Assembly (NCBI GenBank): GCA_028534125.1 | Contig: CM052816.1 | Coordinates: forward strand, 63,552,001-63,616,000 | Reading direction: 5' to 3' | Length of the DNA stretch: 64,000 nucleotides | Origin: Lama glama | Lineage: Eukaryota | Shown here: positions 61,372 through 64,000 of the stretch, one piece after another | Layout of the letters: every line of letters begins with the position of its first letter | Position numbering within the stretch: the stretch's first letter is position 1 | Position numbers and translations under genes: made by a program | The notes under the pieces: model-generated | What the model saw: only the letters and a program-made list of their open reading frames with translations | Database searches by the model: none | What the model was told of the DNA's origin: nothing

Positions 61372-62080
61372 AAAAAATACAAGTTTCTAAATTATTTTCC
61401 GTAAAAGATAATATCTGCTTTACCTACTTCACAGGACTGTTGTGTCAAATGTAATTGAAATTGTAAAAGTAGAAAGCATGATTAGATGGATCTGACTGTA
61501 ATAAAACATGTTTATACATGCTTTTTAAATGACAAAATACACAATGAAACAAACTACAAATTGGAATTCTAAAAACATAGGTCTGGATAGTATAGCCTGC
61601 AAACCCGGGTATGGTTTGCTTTATTTAGTTGGGATCTGGTGCTTAATAAATGCTTGTTAAAACAATGTATGTGCTCCAGAAAAGTTATGTGAAACTTCAA
61701 TTTTGGGGTATTTAGGAGACTGCAACCAATAATTAGTATGAGAAAAGTTGGAAGTCCACAGAGAAGTCAGTCCTCTAGTGTAAGCAGATGTGTGAGGTTG
61801 ATTTATGCCTGATGCTGTGAGAACACAGCTTGTCTTCATCAGCCTTGAAGAACATTATCCTAAAAGGGGGCCTGACTGTGATATTTTTCTATGAAAAGAG
61901 AGGCTACCACCCAAAGGAGCTGTGATAGGAAAGCAGAGGAGTTACTCTATTATCAAATGTTCTACTCCTGTTTACAGAGCCCCTTTGATATTTAAGGCTG
62001 GATGTTTCAGTCATGGACCCAGCCAGCACTGTGCTGAGCTATATGGGAGTCTGAGGCAAAAGAAAGAATGTGCGCTACAT

Positions 62081-63278
62081 ATGTTCTCCTAGAGCAGTCT
62101 ACCCAGGCAATAGAAATAAAAGCAAAAATAAACAAATGGGACCTAATTAAACTTATAAGCTTTTCAACAGCAAAGGAAACTATAAACAAAATGAAAAGAC
62201 AATCTATGGAATGGGAGAAAATATTTGCAAACGACACGACTGACAAGGGCTCAATTTCCAGAATATACAAACAGCGCATACAACTCAATAACAAAAAAAA
62301 ACCCAATCCAAAAATGGGCAGAAGACCTAAACAAACATTTCTCCAACGAAGACATACAAATGGCCAATAGGCACATGAGAAAAATGCTCAGTATCGCTAT
62401 TAGAGAAATGCAAATCAAAACTACAATGAGGTATCACCTTATACCAGTCAGAATGGGCATCATTATAAGTCCACAAATGATAAATGCTGGAGAGAGTGTG
62501 GAGAAAAGGGAACCCTCCTACATTGTTGGTGAGAATGTAGTTTAGCGCAGCCATAAAATAGTATGGAGATTCCTTTAAAAACTAAAAACAGACTTACCAT
62601 ATCATCCCGCAATTCCACTCCTGGGCATATATCTGGAGGAAACTCTAATTCAAAAAGATACATGCACCTCAGTGTTTGTAGCAGCACTATTTACAATAGC
62701 TAAGACATGGAAACAACCTCAATGTCCATTGACAGATGACTGGATAAAGAAGTTGTGATTTTATATATATATATATATATATATGGTATATTTACACACA
62801 CACACATACACACACACATGCACAGTATATATAAATAAAAAAGAATAAAATAATGCCATCTGCAGCAACATGGATGGACCTGGAGATTGTCATACTAAAT
62901 GAAGTAAGCCAGAAAGAGAAAGAAAAATACCATATGATATCACTTATATGTGGAATCTAAAAAAAAGACACAAATGAACTTGTTTACAAAACAGAAACAG
63001 ACTCATAGATATAGAAAACAAATTTGTGGTTACCAGAGGGGGAAGAGGGGATGCAGGGATAAGTTGGGAGTTTGGGATTTGCAGATACTAACTGCTATAT
63101 ATAAAATAGATAAACAGCAAAGTCCTACTGTGTAGCACAGGGAACTATATTCAATACCTTGCAATAGTGTATAATGAAAAAGAATATGAAAAGGAATATA
63201 TATGTATAACTGAATCACTATGCTGTACACCAGAAATGAAAACAACATTGTAAATTGACTATACTTCAATTAAAAAAA
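62081..63278 (+). mobile_element. 5'-truncated L1 (ORF2 3' part plus 3' UTR), older copy
   Basis: [29 protein letters not shown] and [11 protein letters not shown] peptides with frameshifts; degenerate TSD at 62064-62082 and 63278-63296. Confidence 0.95.
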
Positions 63279-64000
63279 TGAGTATGTGCTGCATATAAAC
63301 TGGATAATGGCTTTCATGAAAATATTATTGATGAGTTTGCTTTTATTAAAGCTGGTAAAGTGAAATGATTATAAATTCTGTTTTCAGTACAAATAAAATA
63401 TTTCAGCTTAAAATAATGCAAACTTAAAATACAGTTCAAATACATCTATTTTTCAATGTTTTAGTGTTTTTAACTACTCCAATGTTCTGGAAAAAATCGT
63501 ATGTGTCGAAGGTAATGTTACCTAGCCCTGATTATAATTAAATAGTGAAACAGCCACAAAAGCGTGTATATCAGTGCACATTTTTCCTTCTGCCTTAGCC
63601 TCCAACGTGGCTTGGTGTAGGTCTATCAGCTCTTGTTTTTATTTAAAACTTTGTTATTTTGTTCACCGTGGATTTTTCAGCATTAAGTTAGATTCTTTAA
63701 AGTTAATTGCGTTAAAATATTATTTATCTTGATTACTGAGTTTTTGTTTCCCCTTAAATTTTGTGTATGAAGTGAGTACTTCAGTTGCTACACCCCAGAC
63801 CTGGCCTTGGTCCCACCTTCAATCCCAAGCAACTGTAATACAAAATGTACCACAGGAGCCGTGATCACCACGGTGGAGGAGACACTCAAATCCAACCAAT
63901 TTCCCCACAGGCCAGGTGAGACCAGGAAGCAACATGTCACAAGCTGGGGAGAAACATGAGCTTTGGGGGTCAGTTTTCAGAATAAAATCCTAGTTTGTTT

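Overview
Mammalian genomic DNA, most likely a camelid (three tRNA-Ala-derived Vic-1-type SINEs), with three assembly gaps. The only clearly intact coding sequence is coding exon 1 of KIF2A on the minus strand (10942-10879, [22 protein letters not shown]). It lies in a CpG-island promoter (~10.2-11.55 kb), and positions 1-10878 are KIF2A intron 1. That intron holds a ~255 bp, ~90% identical inverted repeat around a TSD-flanked L1 and a candidate cassette exon. The 5' UTR has an AUG-AGG-UGA mini-uORF overlapping the main AUG. The most interesting signal lies upstream of KIF2A (~12.2-37.7 kb): a series of non-repeat minus-strand blocks with AG/GT splice sites, often phase-compatible, and protein-like frames broken by stops and frameshifts. 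Some show RGS-domain-like spacing. I read this as a candidate decayed multi-exon RGS22/RGSL1-like gene (unitary pseudogene). This is inference from hand translation and has not been verified by any search. The rest is ordinary intergenic DNA rich in L1, L2, MIR, MLT/ERVL LTRs and hAT elements. Repeat family names and many repeat boundaries are approximate and recognised by eye.
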